Shown here one piece after another: positions 1-11,801 of a stretch of 64,000 bases of DNA. Below the pieces are notes generated by a model. It saw only the letters and a list, made by a program, of their open reading frames with translations. It did not search any database and was not told the origin of the DNA. The translations under genes were made by a program, and so were the position numbers. Origin of the DNA: Leucoraja ocellata (taxonomy: Eukaryota); assembly GCA_036785375.1 (NCBI GenBank), contig JAWMAR010000090.1:1550001-1614000 (forward strand). The letters are read 5' to 3'. The stretch's first letter is position 1, and each line of letters begins with the position of its first letter.

Positions 1-1092
1 GGACTTGCACAGTTGGAATTGAACCCCAGATACTTTTCTTTGTAGGGGTAGAAGCGCATTATGGGATGAGGAGCCCCCCCCCCCCTATTCTGGCTCGCAA
101 GTAGTGGTGGATATATATTTTATTTTCCCGGAAGCAGCTGTTATCTCCTGTGTTTTGTTATATATCAGCCTTGGGAAATCTGTTCTGTCATTTTAAGCAG
201 ATGCTAAGTGAAGGTCACTTGTATCATCAAGGAATGATGTGCTGGAAATTCCAAAGTTGCCAAAAGCAAATTAGATTTTGCCAACTTGTCTCATAGGAAT
301 GTGGGTATCCCATATTGTTACATTGAAAGGTGCAGTTTTCTAAAATGCTTGCTAATCTGGCCATAACCAACACAATTGTTATTTTAAAACCTGGAGCAAA
401 TTTCAAAATTATCCTTCATCTAGAAAGTTCTGTCTTTACACTTGATTAGCAACAATTTTCGGAGGGTCATTTTGTAGGTCATATATCCAGTGATTGGCAA
501 CTCTGGTTGAATTGTTGATAGTTCATCCGATGTTTGCAGGGATATTTCCTATACCATGGACTTTTTTTGAGAATCTGTCGCCTGCACACTTCAGGAACAA
601 TTACCTATCTAAAATTGTCATACTTTGTCACTGTTAATGGCTAATTTTCTACTTTTTTTTATTAACTTCGATGCGTTGTCCATTCACTCGCATTCTTGGC
701 AAGGATACTTTGTGTTTAGTTAGTGATTTAATGGCAGCCGATGTAATGAGGATGAACTTCTTTATTTGAAATTTCAATACAATAAGGTTATGACAGACTA
801 GCACAAATTAAAATGTTTTTTCTCCCCCAACATTCCTTTCTGTTTCTGCACATCTCAAGTATGACAGTACCCTGCAGGTCCCCCCCGGCTAAATGTCTTC
901 CCAATCTGCTTCTAGTACTGTTCTAACAACAAAAAATCATTGGAGACTGAAGCTGATGAGCAATCCTGTGAGGCTGATCTAACCCCAACTTGTTGCTCAC
1001 ACATGCCATTTGAGATTTTAAACTGAGTGAGAAATTGAAAATTAGAATGTGTGGCTGTCATTTTATGGTGAATTCAGTTTAATTAACGTGAA

Positions 1093-1226
1093 TGTAGGAA
1101 AGAACTGCAGGTGCCGGTTTAAATCGAAGATAGACACAAAATGCTGGTGTAACTCAGCGGGACAGGCAGCATCTCTGGAGAGAAGGAATGGGTGATGTTT
1201 CGGTTCGAGACCCTTCTTCAGACTGA
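1093..1226 (-). mobile_element. Penelope-like terminal repeat insert with degenerate hammerhead core
   Basis: Reverse complement of the CTGAAGA-stemII-GAAA plus ...GATGCTGCCTGTCCCGCTGAGTTAC... repeat. Confidence 0.75.
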
Positions 1227-2494
1227 TGATTATTAATTGATGTGAATATGATTTTGTTAAATTAATGTTCTGTTAAATACGTATGTAACGCTACATAGAT
1301 GTCGCCTGGCAAGTAACTGCATTTCAATGCTTTTGTTTTTAGCATTTGGTTTACAACCTCATAAATCTTGTTCTGTCTAGATGGTAGTTATTTTTATTTC
1401 TTAATAATAGTTTAAGATTAATTATATAGAAATACTACACATGACCAATACAGTTCAGAAATAGTTCTCGATACATTTTCCATGCACAGATGAGATCCTG
1501 TCTGCCTATGGGGAATTTGAAATTTTAATACTGCAATTTCCAAATTGCATCTGTGCGTGCCACTCTGAAGATTGTGTGCCTACAACTCCCAGCATTCCTA
1601 AGAGATTGCTTACTCTAGTTGAATCTGACACTGAATGCGGTGCCGTGCTTATATCAGGAAGCTCTGGCACTGACTCTGGCTGTTAGGCAGCACAGTCAAT
1701 AGTAGCAAAAATAATTGTTTCTTGCAATTTGAATTTTCTGATCAAAGCATTTTTGTTTTAGATACGGCTACCTAATAGGATATCAACATCTAAGAAAAAA
1801 CGTCTATGAACAGCAGTGATCCATTGGAGGTAAGCGCCTATTGTTATGAAGTCCAGTTGCTTTAATATTAAAACTTAATCTCCTATTCCACCAATATATG
1901 CGCCACCACCTCCTCCATTCCCCTCCAATTAATTGTGCTCCAGGTCTCAGTTTAAATAAGTTTAAACTATTAAGTAAGTAAGTAAGTTTATTGGCCAATT
2001 ATTCACATACAAGGAATTTGCCTTGGTGCTCCGCCCACAGGTAACAACATGACATACAGTGACAGTTACGAATGACTCAAAATAAATCAATCATGGCAAA
2101 ACAACGTTGTTCAGTGTAGGATGGTGTTAGCAAAGATTTCAATTTAATGCATTTTGATTATGTTACATAACACAATACACATATAGAGTGACCATGCAAT
2201 TACTGCTAACAATTAATACTTGTACTTCCTGAGGGCCTGCGAAGAAAAGCTTCAAGTATATACTTCTCGTGTTAGACTCATTAGAATAGTTAGCACTTGA
2301 AGTCCCTTCCTGCTTCTCCCCTCTCTACTGTGCTTTTCCGGTAGGGTAATAATATATTTCTGCTGTGATGATAACATTTTGATTTGTGTTAATCACACAC
2401 AAAATATTTTAGTTATTAAGTTTGGCTGGAGACTGGGAGGTTAAGCTGCAATCCACAAATACATTATCGTTTGGTGCAAGTAGACAACTTGTTT

Positions 2495-2660
2495 ATAGAC
2501 ACAAAATGCAGGACTAACTCAACAGGACAGGCAGTCTGAAGAAGGGTCTCGACCCAAAACGTTACCCATTCCTTCTCCCCAGAGATGCTGCCTGTCCCGC
2601 TGAGTTACTCCTGCATTTTGTGTCTACCTATGGTTTAAATCAGCATCTGCAGTTCCTTCC
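2495..2660. mobile_element. Fold-back Penelope-derived short insert with 14-bp TSD
   Basis: TAGACAACTTGTTT at 2481-94 and 2661-74. Short inverted arm followed by a forward hammerhead-bearing arm whose GAAA is mutated. Confidence 0.85.
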
Positions 2661-2893
2661 TAGACAACTTGTTTCTTTGCTTTTAGATATGATATCTGAA
2701 AATTCTAGGGATATTTTTGATTTTGCAGTTTTTGATTTGTCCCTGTGGTTTGTGTAGGTACAACAGTTGTAGTAAGGCAATCTCAGGCTAGGAAGGAGAA
2801 ACAAATTGATTTACAAATTGGAGCATGGTGTAGAGGACTGTTTTTTTTTGTGCAGAATTTTCTAGTGAAAGCTGCACCAAAAGTAGGTAAAAT

Positions 2894-3009
2894 ATGTAGG
2901 AAAGAACTGGAGATGCTGGTCTGAAAAACGGTCTCGACCCGAAACGTCACCCATTCCTTCTCTCCAGAGATGCTGCTTTCCCTGCTGAGTTACTCCAGCA
3001 TTTTGTGTC
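2894..3009. mobile_element. Fold-back Penelope-derived short insert
   Basis: Flanked by CACCAAAAGTAG(g/t)TAAA direct repeats; core mutated to CTGAAAA. Confidence 0.8.
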
Positions 3010-3105
3010 CACCAAAAGTAGTTAAATTACGGTAGTTTATTTACGTAACGTTTTAAGGGGAACTTGGCTCTGCACAAATATCTCCCCCTTTTTTCCTCTA
3101 CTCAG

Positions 3106-3193
3106 CCAATCCCTGTACAGCTATGACTCATAACAATTTTACAAGGAAGAACAGTTTAATGACCCTCAGCCTAATGTCAAAGCATATCTGGAG
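3106..3193 (+). other. Candidate 5' UTR exon of MRTFB (88 nt)
   Basis: Strong pyrimidine tract tctccccctttttttcctctactcag| and donor GAG|GTGAGG in non-repetitive sequence. The first coding exon has an acceptor, so upstream exons must exist. No transcript evidence. Confidence 0.4.
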
Positions 3194-4140
3194 GTGAGGT
3201 TTTGGTTAGAAATTGCTGAGCAGGAATCAGCTTTGTGGACCAAGTTGCTGCTGTATCTGCTGCAGTTAATTACAAAGCCAGCAGGTAGGGGAACAATATA
3301 TGTGAGATAGATTGAAACATTCTGTGTGCAGATTCTGACCCATGTACTGCATGTTGTGTACTATTGTTGTATGGACATCATTAGAAGAGGCAGAGATGAC
3401 AGGATAAATCTGTCAGTTAGAGTAGTCAGTTCCACTATCATAAATTTCATCTCAATTTAGTATTTTGTATCCAGGTGGTGGGATGCCAAAATAATCTCAA
3501 TTAGCAGTTGGCCGATGATAATCAACCTTAAAGTGACTTGCTATTACAATGGCAGCAACTTTAAAGTGAAGTATATATTATTAAGTGTATTTGGCTGGTG
3601 GGTCCATATCACTACCAGCTTTTACTCCTCACTCAGACTGCTACTGGAAATGGCATTGATGCTGCAGTAATTAAGGCAAACAAATGAGTTATAATCGACT
3701 AAAAGGCAGCATATCTTATTGGCAAAATACACATGCTGTAAATTTACAAATGAAAACAGAAAATTCTGAAATGTCTCCACAGATCGTGCAGCATCTTTGA
3801 AAATAAATAAAATTATTCTTTGAAATCAATGACTCTGCGTCAGAACTTTCTTTTCCACTGTTAGTTATGTTTTCCTTCCCACAAATGTTCCCACAATCTC
3901 TGTTTTTAATACTTTGTCATTACTCTTGTTAGCATTTATGATTTACATCAAGCAATCAATTACACTGTTGTCAATTTAAGCCTTTCAAAATGTAGCATTG
4001 AACATATCTATTTAATCACCTAAAATATTTTGTAGTGCTCAAAAGTATTTGAAGTGAAATAAAAGGGAAAAAAAATTGACAAGGTTCCGCATGGTAGGCT
4101 GCTCTGGAAGGTTAGATCGCATGGGATCCAAGGAGAGATA

Positions 4141-4660
4141 CAGGTGCACATCCTTTTATCCTAAAGCCTTGGGACCAGACACTTTTCGTAATTCAGAATT
4201 TTTCGGCTTTCGGAATGGAAGATTTTTAGCGTAGATTTTAACGGCTGGCGCAGTGGTAGAGTGCTCGGCTCATATCCGCAAGGTCGCGAGTTTGCGCCTC
4301 GATCCCGGCAGTTACTCGATCGCGAGTTTGAGTCTTCAATGTAGTTTTTTCTTGCAGAATAGGGAGCGACAATCTGCTGCTGCCTGTCCGCTGAGTTAAA
4401 AAGTTCCCACGTAAGACTCAGCGGGCAGGCAGCAGCAGATTGTCAATTATAAACCCTCCCGCGCAATATACCCTCACCTTCTCTTTTATGAATGGGGATT
4501 TAGTTCCCCTTTCTTCGAGGACCGACCGGAGGTTCCGCTGTCACCTCTGCGGGCCGCCCTCGGTGAACGTCTTCAAGGACCTTTCTTCAAGGACCAAAAA
4601 AATGTCCGCTATTCGGAGCTTTTCGTTATTTGGAACTTCGGATAAAAGGTTGTGCACCTG
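4141..4660. mobile_element. Tc1/mariner (pogo/Tigger-like) MITE, short form
   Basis: TIR CAGGTGCACA(t/a)CCTTTTATCC and TA TSD at 4139-40 and 4661-62. The empty site GAGAGATAGCTGAATG is visible in the related CR1 at ~61815. Confidence 0.92.
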
Positions 4661-4824
4661 TAGCTGAATGGATAGCAAATTGGCTCTATGGAAGGAAGTA
4701 GAGGGTGATGGTGAAAGGATGCTTCTCTGACTGAAAGCCTGTGACTAGTGGTGTGACTCGGGGTTTGGCGCTGGGCCCATTACTGTTTGTCATCTACATC
4801 AATGATTTGGATGATAACATACAG

Positions 4825-6679
4825 TAGCATTGTTACAAAATTTTGAGATTTTAAAAATCAAGTCTGTAATTTATCTCATCAGATAAAGCATAAAAAGAAG
4901 TTTAATTTGACACCTAATTCACTTTCATATCTTCAGTATTAAAAAAGTTATGGCCATTTTCATACTAGGAAATTAGCATCTTATTCCCTATTGCTTTTCC
5001 ATTGACTTAACACAAAAGCTGTGATCGAGCCCATAACTTTCTTAAAAATTAAGAGAACTGAAAGAAATTTTCAGTTATTGTACATTGAAGCATTCTGAAA
5101 CAAATATGAAACAATCTTACTTAGATGACTTGAAATTAAAGCATATAATTAGTTAGTTACCTAATTGTAACTATTCCGGAAGTGGCGGCGGTGTTGAACG
5201 GCTGCTGCTCGCCTGCAGTCCGTCTGTTTTTACTTTTTTGTGGGGTTTTTTCGGCTTGTTTAGTTAAATATTTGGTCATTAGGTTGTGATATGTGTTGGG
5301 GGCGGGGGGGAGCTGAAACAGGGATTTCTGTCTCTCCCTTTGGGGGAATGCGACTTTTTCTTGTCGTATCCCCCTTCTCTGCCTCCGCCTGCGCTGAGGC
5401 CTAATGGCGGAGCTGGCGGCCTCCAACCTGCGACCGACCTCGAGGCTCCGGAGGTAGAGCCAGCCAGGACTCACCAACGCGAGGCTGGCCGTCTTCGAGC
5501 TGTGGCGGTGTTCGGGCAGCGGCACGACTCGGCGCTCCGGTGGGGGTGGCCCGGCACGGGGCTGGAGCGGTGCTGGCTGGGATGTTCCGGTGGCGGCGCG
5601 ACTCGGTGCTTCGGTGAGGGTGGCCCGGGGCTGGGACGGTGCTGGCTGAGATGGACTGGACTGGAGGGCAGCAGCTTCGACCACCCCGGGCGGCGGAGCT
5701 TGAACCGGCCCGTTCGCGGAGCTCGGTGAGCCGCGGGACTGACTTACCATCACCCGGTGGGGTATCACCTCAGCGCAGAGGGAGAATAGGAGGGAAGAGA
5801 CAGTAACCCTAAGATTTTTGCCTCCATCACAGTGAAGAGGTGCCTGGTGAATTCACTGTGGTGGATGTTAATTTGTGTTTATTGTTTGTTTTGTTGTTTT
5901 GTTGTATGGCTGCAGGCAACGACATTTCGTTCAGACCGAAAGATCTGAATGACAAATAAAGGATCTAAGTCTGTCTAAGTTGTAGCTAATTACAAAATTC
6001 AATTACTAGATCTAAACATCTATCAATTTCTTAAGATTAGATTAACATTTTTAAATAGCCTAAGTGTCCAAATAACATTCACATAAGAATTCACAATATA
6101 ACATAATTTTTAAATCTCATTGTCATGGATTTATAGGCCAAATGGAAGGAATTTAATGTTTAATACCTGTAAATTAATGGCCATTTAAATCATCTTGCGA
6201 GTGGATTTTTCTGGAATGCGATCAATTGGAACGTTGCGGTTGCGGTGAATTTAAACCCTATATCGGCAGGAAAAATGCTACCGGTTCGTACGGGAAAAAA
6301 AAAATCACCGTTTCGCAACGTAAAATGTGAATTAAAGGCATCTTAAGGAGCACTTTTATACATATAATAAACGGCTTTCCTTTACCTGTCCCGTACGTGA
6401 AATCCGTCGCCGTTGTCGGCGTTGACGGCTTTAGAAGTTGATTTTAAAATTACCCCAGCGCTGAACTTGTCGGGCGATTTAAAAAAATAAAAAAATACAC
6501 AGAACGGCTGTCGGAACAATTCTTCAGCAAAAGCTTGCACTCCAACCAAATATAATCCAGGACAAGGTGGGAAAAAAATGCGTTTTAACCCCACCGCCCC
6601 CTTCAAAGGCGCCAAAATCGCGCACACGACCAGTGGCAGAATTGCAGCGCCGCTTAAGGTAAGTATTGTAACATACCTA
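4825..6679. mobile_element. Unclassified non-autonomous DNA transposon with TAG...CTA termini
   Basis: Imperfect 14-bp TIR (TAGCATTGTTACAA vs reverse complement TAGGTATGTTACAA) and direct repeat CATACAG at 4818-24 and 6680-86. Removing it restores the CR1 frame. Confidence 0.8.
5170..5979 (+). mobile_element. GC-rich non-autonomous retroelement nested in the DNA transposon
   Basis: CpG-rich head starting TTCCGGAAGTGGCGGCG, internal hairpin, 3' stem-loop TTCAGAccgaaagaTCTGAA, AATAAA and a CTAAGT-type tail. The AT-rich host resumes at TTGTAGCTAATT. Confidence 0.65.
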
Positions 6680-7650
6680 CATACAGGGCAAGATTAACAA
6701 GTTTGCTGATGATACAAAAGTGAGTGGTTTTGCAGATAGTGAAAATGGTTGTGAAGGATTGCAACAGGATCTGGATACATTGGCCAGGTGGGCAGAGGAA
6801 TGGTTGATGAAATTTAATACAGAGAAGTGTGAGATGTTGTATTTTGGGACGTCGAATAAGGGCAGGATTCACACAATAAATGGTAGGCCTGTGGGTAGTG
6901 TTGTAGAGCAGAGTGATCTAGGAGTACACGTGCATGGTTCCTTGAAGGTCGAGTCGCAGGTAGATATGGTGGTCAAAAAGGCTTTTGGCATTTTGTCCTT
7001 CATCAGGTAGAGTAATGAGTATAGAAGTTGGGAGGTCATGTTGCAGTTGTAGAAGACGTTGGTGAGACCGCATTTAGAATATTTTGTTCAGTTCTGGGCA
7101 CCATGTTATAGGAAAGATATTGTCAAGTTTGAAAGGGTTCAGAATAGATTTCCGAGGATGTTGCCAGGACTAGAGGGTGTGAGCTATCGGGAGAGGTTGA
7201 GTAGGCTGGGTCTCTATTCCATGGAGCGCTGGATGATTAGGGGGGGGGGGGGGGGGTCTTATAGATGTGTACAAAATCATGAGAGGAATAGATTGGGTAG
7301 ATTCACAGAGTTTCTTGCCCATAGTAGGGGGATCGAGGACCAGAGGACATAGATTCAAGGTGAAGGGGAAAAGATTTAATAGGAATCCGAGGGGTAACTT
7401 TTTCACACAAAGGGTGGTGGGTGTATGGAACAAACTGCCAGAGGAGGTAGTTGAAGCTGGGACTATCCCATCGTTTAAGAAGCAGATAGACAGGTACATG
7501 GTTATGACAGGTTTGGAGGGATATGGACCAAGCACAGCCAAGTGGGACTTGCGTGGCTGAGACATTGTTGGCCGGTGGGGGCATGTTGGGCCGAAGGGCC
7601 TGTTTCCACACTGTATCGCTCTACGACTCTAAAATAATTCAGGTACTTTC

Positions 7651-7969
7651 AGTTTAGAATACAACATGGAAATAGGCCTTTCGGCCCACAGACTCCATGC
7701 TGACCATTAATCACCCTTTCACTCAAGTTTCTTTATTATTCCACTTTCACATTCATTCCCTACACACTAGGGGCAATTTACCGAGGCCACATAACCTACA
7801 AACCCGCACATCTTTGGGATGTGAGAAGAAACTGGAGCACCCAGAGAAAACCTACTCTGTCACAGGGAGAACGTGCAAACTCCGCTTAGAGAGCATCCAA
7901 GGTCAGGACTGAACTTGATCCTCTGCTGCTGTGAGGCAGCAGCTCTACCAGCTTTGCACTGTGCCGTTC
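7651..7969 (-). mobile_element. HE1-type V-SINE (diverged)
   Basis: Reverse complement of tRNA-like head, V-domain and CR1-derived tail. Confidence 0.8.
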
Positions 7970-8049
7970 TGAAAAATGGCAAGTAATAAATGAGAATACG
8001 ATGTACAGTGAAAGTCCAACAGTACAGGAAAGAACACTGATAGGGAATT

Positions 8050-9668
8050 AGGTGGGCCAATGCCCTGGGCAAATAAGATTAAAGAGAATTCCAAGACGTT
8101 TTATAATTAAACAAGGGCGTAACTAGGGAGAGGGTAGGTTCATTTAACGATAAAGGAAAGATGTTGTGCTTGGAGTCAGAGGATTACGCAAGGTACTAAG
8201 TAAGTGTTCACTTAGGAGTAGGACATGACAGTTAGTGACATTAGTGTGGGGTTATCAAGTCAAATCATACCCAAATCTAGAACAGCAGGCAGAGTGTTGC
8301 CATGTTCTGGTGCCATCTTACACCTTCCAAGTCTCTGAAAAGTCTGATTTTGGCCTAAGGAGATATGCAATTTCTATTTTTTTTCATTTGATGGTCCATT
8401 GGCCTGGCGGTAATGGATCATTGAAGTAGTGTTGGGGCTGGCCAAGTGCAATGCTGTTAGCTCCATCCATTCCAGTCGCAGAAGACTGCGCTGGGTCCAC
8501 TCGCTCACCTATCTGCTGTAGGGCCTTCCATAGCCGCCTCTGTCAGCACCACTACGGATATACTAATATGCCAGGTCATTTTGAGATTGGGGAAAAAAGT
8601 GATATTAGGTCTCCTGAAAAGTATCAAGGTGGATTGCTCCCTGAGGCCTGATGGTATCTATCCCAGCAATGGGGATAATCATGAAGTTATAAACCGGTGT
8701 GTCTCAAGTCAGTGGAAACTAAGCTATTCGAGAGAATTCTTAGGGATAGGATTGACTCAATTTTGAACAGAATAGGCTAATTAGGGACAGTGTGTGTGTG
8801 TGGTAGGTCTTGTCATACATATCTGACACGGTTTTTTAAGAGGTGACAAAGGTGATTGAGGGTAGGGTGGCAGATGATGTCTACATGGACTTTAGTGAAG
8901 CATTTGACAAGGTAAGTTCATGGTAAACTGATCCAGAAGATTAAGATGCATGGGATCCCATGGCGACTTGATAGTTTGGATTCAGAACTAGCTGACCATT
9001 CGAAGACCGAGGGGTGTGGTGGTTAAGCTAGAAGGAGAGGGTGGACAAACGTCTATTGTTTTCTCTGGAGCATTGGAGTTGAGGTGAGACCTGAGATGAG
9101 AAAATTATAAAATGATCAGGCATAGAGAGGGTTGAAAGTCAGCATCTATTTCCCAGTGTGGAAATGTTAAAGACTAGATGGTATAGCTTTGATGTGAGAT
9201 GGGGTAGGTTTAAAGGAGATATGCAGAACAAGTTTTTTTTTTTTTTTACACGAAACATGGTAGGTACCTGGAACGCTCTGCCAGGGTTGGTAGAAGTGGA
9301 AGTTAACGATAGTGGTCTTTAGAACGTTTTTAGATAGGCATATGAATATGCAGGAATTAATGGAAAAGGATCAAATGCAGAGAGAACGGAATTAGTTAAA
9401 TTTGGCGTGTAGGAAAGAACTGCAGATGCTGGTTTAAACCGAAGATAGATACGGAATGCTGGAGTACCTCAGCGGGTCGGACAGTATCTCTGGTGAAAAG
9501 GAATAGGTGACAGTCTGAAGAAGGGTCTCGACCTGAAACGTCACCTATTCCTTTTCTTCAGAGATGCTGTCGGACCCACTGAGTTACTCCAGTTTAGTTT
9601 GGCATCCTGTTCTACACTGATATTGTGGGCCAAAGGCCTCTTCCTGTGCTGTACTGTGCTATGTTCTG
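8050..9668 (+). mobile_element. Old fragmented CR1 with a Penelope-type insert at ~9408-9592
   Basis: Degenerate RT motif YMDFSEAFDK and a CR1 3' tail at ~9595-9668; boundaries approximate. Confidence 0.65.
9515..9542 (+). ncRNA. Minimal type I hammerhead ribozyme-like core
   Basis: CTGAAGA-A-GGGT-CTCG-ACCT-GAAA-CG-TC, with a G-U pair closing stem II. Confidence 0.6.
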
Positions 9669-10365
9669 GAAGACGTAATAAAGCATGTAAAAGGGAACTG
9701 AGAAGGAGAAAATGACTAGATGGAAAGAAGTGAAAGAGTTACAAGTCCATCAGTTCCAAGAAAAGCAACCATATTGTGAGTTAGATGTGACATCTACTAT
9801 TTAGTGAGTCAGAATAATGAGCATCATAATCAGATGTCCTCCCACTAGTTATGTCAGAAGAATCTGAATTCACCACTTCAAAGTTAAATGCTATTGATAA
9901 CTCTTTCACAACAATTATTTTATTGATTGCCTCATATTTATGATATTGTATATTTTAGTGTTTTACTCGTAGTTCAGGATATTACAAATAAATATTTTGA
10001 AAGTAAGAAGGGGGGCATTTGCTTCCTTGAAATTGCTTTGTAATTCAGGAATAATTGTTGATCTATTCTGTGGCTTCATCATCGTTTTATTGCCCTATAC
10101 TAATAACAATCATTTTTTTCAGTCAAAAGATTTATCTTAGCAGTAGATATACTCAGCTGCCTGAATTTAAAAAAAAATAAAGATTCACCATCCTCTGTCA
10201 AATCTTTCAAAAGAAGAAATTTAAAGAATCAACAACTGCTGGAAATCTGAAATAACAACAAAAAATGCTGGAAATACTCAACAGCCGAGGCAATGACCAT
10301 TAGAAAGAGACATTTCAGGTCAAAAACCCTTTGTCAGTCTTGTTTTTTTGTTGTATGGAGGCTTA

Positions 10366-10939
10366 AGGGCCTGTCCCACTTGGCCGTCATTTACTCGACA
10401 GGCTGGTAGTGACTCTATATACCCAGTTTATATTTACCCAGTTTATGATATTTATGGTGATTTGCTAAAATGTTCCAGTTTCTTGAGTGGTGCTAGCAAT
10501 TGGAAAAACTGCAGATGTAATGCCCCTATTCGGAAAACGAGGTGAATGAAAAGTAGCAAGCTGCAGACCAAATTAATCTGGGAAGGAACTGCAGATGCTG
10601 GTTTAAATTGAAGATGGACACAAAATGCAGGAGTAACTCAGCGGGACCGGCAGCATCTCTAGAGAGAAGGAATGGATGATGTTTCAGTCTGAAGAAGGGT
10701 CTCGACCCGAAACGTCACCCATTCGACCCGAAACGTCACCCTTTCCCACTTGGCCGTCATTTACGCGATAGGCCGGTGGCGTGTGAATATTTCGTGCCGA
10801 ACGAAATCCTCGTGCTCTGCGCGATACCGCGTGCAACTCCACACTCCTCCACGCCACTCCATGCGCCCGTCCCGCACTACCCACATGCTACCAGGTTGCG
10901 TAAATGGCGCGCAAATGACGGCCAAGTGGGACACGCCCT
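10366..10939. mobile_element. Harbinger-like MITE with duplicated left end
   Basis: Left end AGGGCCTGTCCCACTTGGCCGTCATTT (10366) is partly repeated at ~10744. Right end AAATGACGGCCAAGTGGGACACGCCCT. TTA/TAA flanks. Confidence 0.7.
10689..10716 (+). ncRNA. Minimal type I hammerhead ribozyme-like core (intact consensus)
   Basis: CTGAAGA-A-GGGT-CTCG-ACCC-GAAA-CG-TC: conserved CUGANGA and GAAA boxes, stem II, palindromic ACGT stem III and GUC cleavage triplet. Confidence 0.7.
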
Positions 10940-11801
10940 TAAGTGTTTCCAGTATTTTTTGTTCTCATCTCAATCTTTACTGGTCAATCAATTACCCTGT
11001 GGTAATGCCCCGATTTCAGGTTCCTCGACCAGCAAAAAAAATTGCGGCATTTGTTCAGCCATCACCCTTGGGAGTTTTATGTCTTTCAATCATTTGTTTA
11101 TCTAAACCCAAAGAAAAATTGACCCATTTTGCTGCATTTTTTCTCCTAAATCAACCTACTTATTCCAGTAATTAATTTAGTGAAACTTAGCAGTACTATA
11201 TATAAAGTTGCAAAATTGATATATCCTCATTTTAGTATGATTCACCAGCTGGAAGACATCAAACCATGACCTATGTGTTTTATGGAGACAAAGTGCAGAT
11301 GCTGGTGTACAAAAAAAGACAAGTGCTGAAGTAACTCAGCGGGCCAGGCAGCATCTCTGGTGAATGTGGACAGATGACATTTTTCGTCGAGACCCTTTTT
11401 CAGAATGATTGTAGGGGAAGAAAGCTAGAATACACAGGCTTCACAGGAATTTCATTTGCATGCTAAGGCATAAAAACTGTGTCAACACTTACAGCGATAA
11501 GGTTGCCATGGAAAGGAAAGAAACTCCTGGAGTGGGAGAAAGAGTGGAGGAATAGAGGTGGAAAATGGAGCAGAGGGTGTGAAACCAAGTGGGAGGTGAG
11601 ATTCGGGCAAGAGATGGGAAATGTAATGCCTCCTGGGGTTGGAACTGCTGGGTTAGGTAGGTGGTGGGGGAAGATGGTGGCAGGTGTCGAGTGCCACAAG
11701 CTGGCTGGGTGGGCCAGGGAATGAGTCAGTTACTGTGACTGGATTACAGACACTTATTAGTATTTAGAAACAGAATTATTAAAATATATAAATGATATCC
11801 T

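Larger units (their letters stand above)
4076..7633 (+). mobile_element. CR1/HER1-type LINE 3' portion, interrupted by nested insertions
   Basis: RT motifs FDKVPH, YINDL, KFADD, RPHLEY..QFW and C-terminal FFTQRVVGVWN; 3' tail GGGCCGAAGGGCCTGTTTCC. Colinear with the related copy at 61470-62745. Confidence 0.92.

Noticed and set aside
5157-5768. 203-aa and 147-aa overlapping ORFs
   Set aside because: They lie in a GC-rich repeat where stops are rare; low complexity and no recognisable domain.
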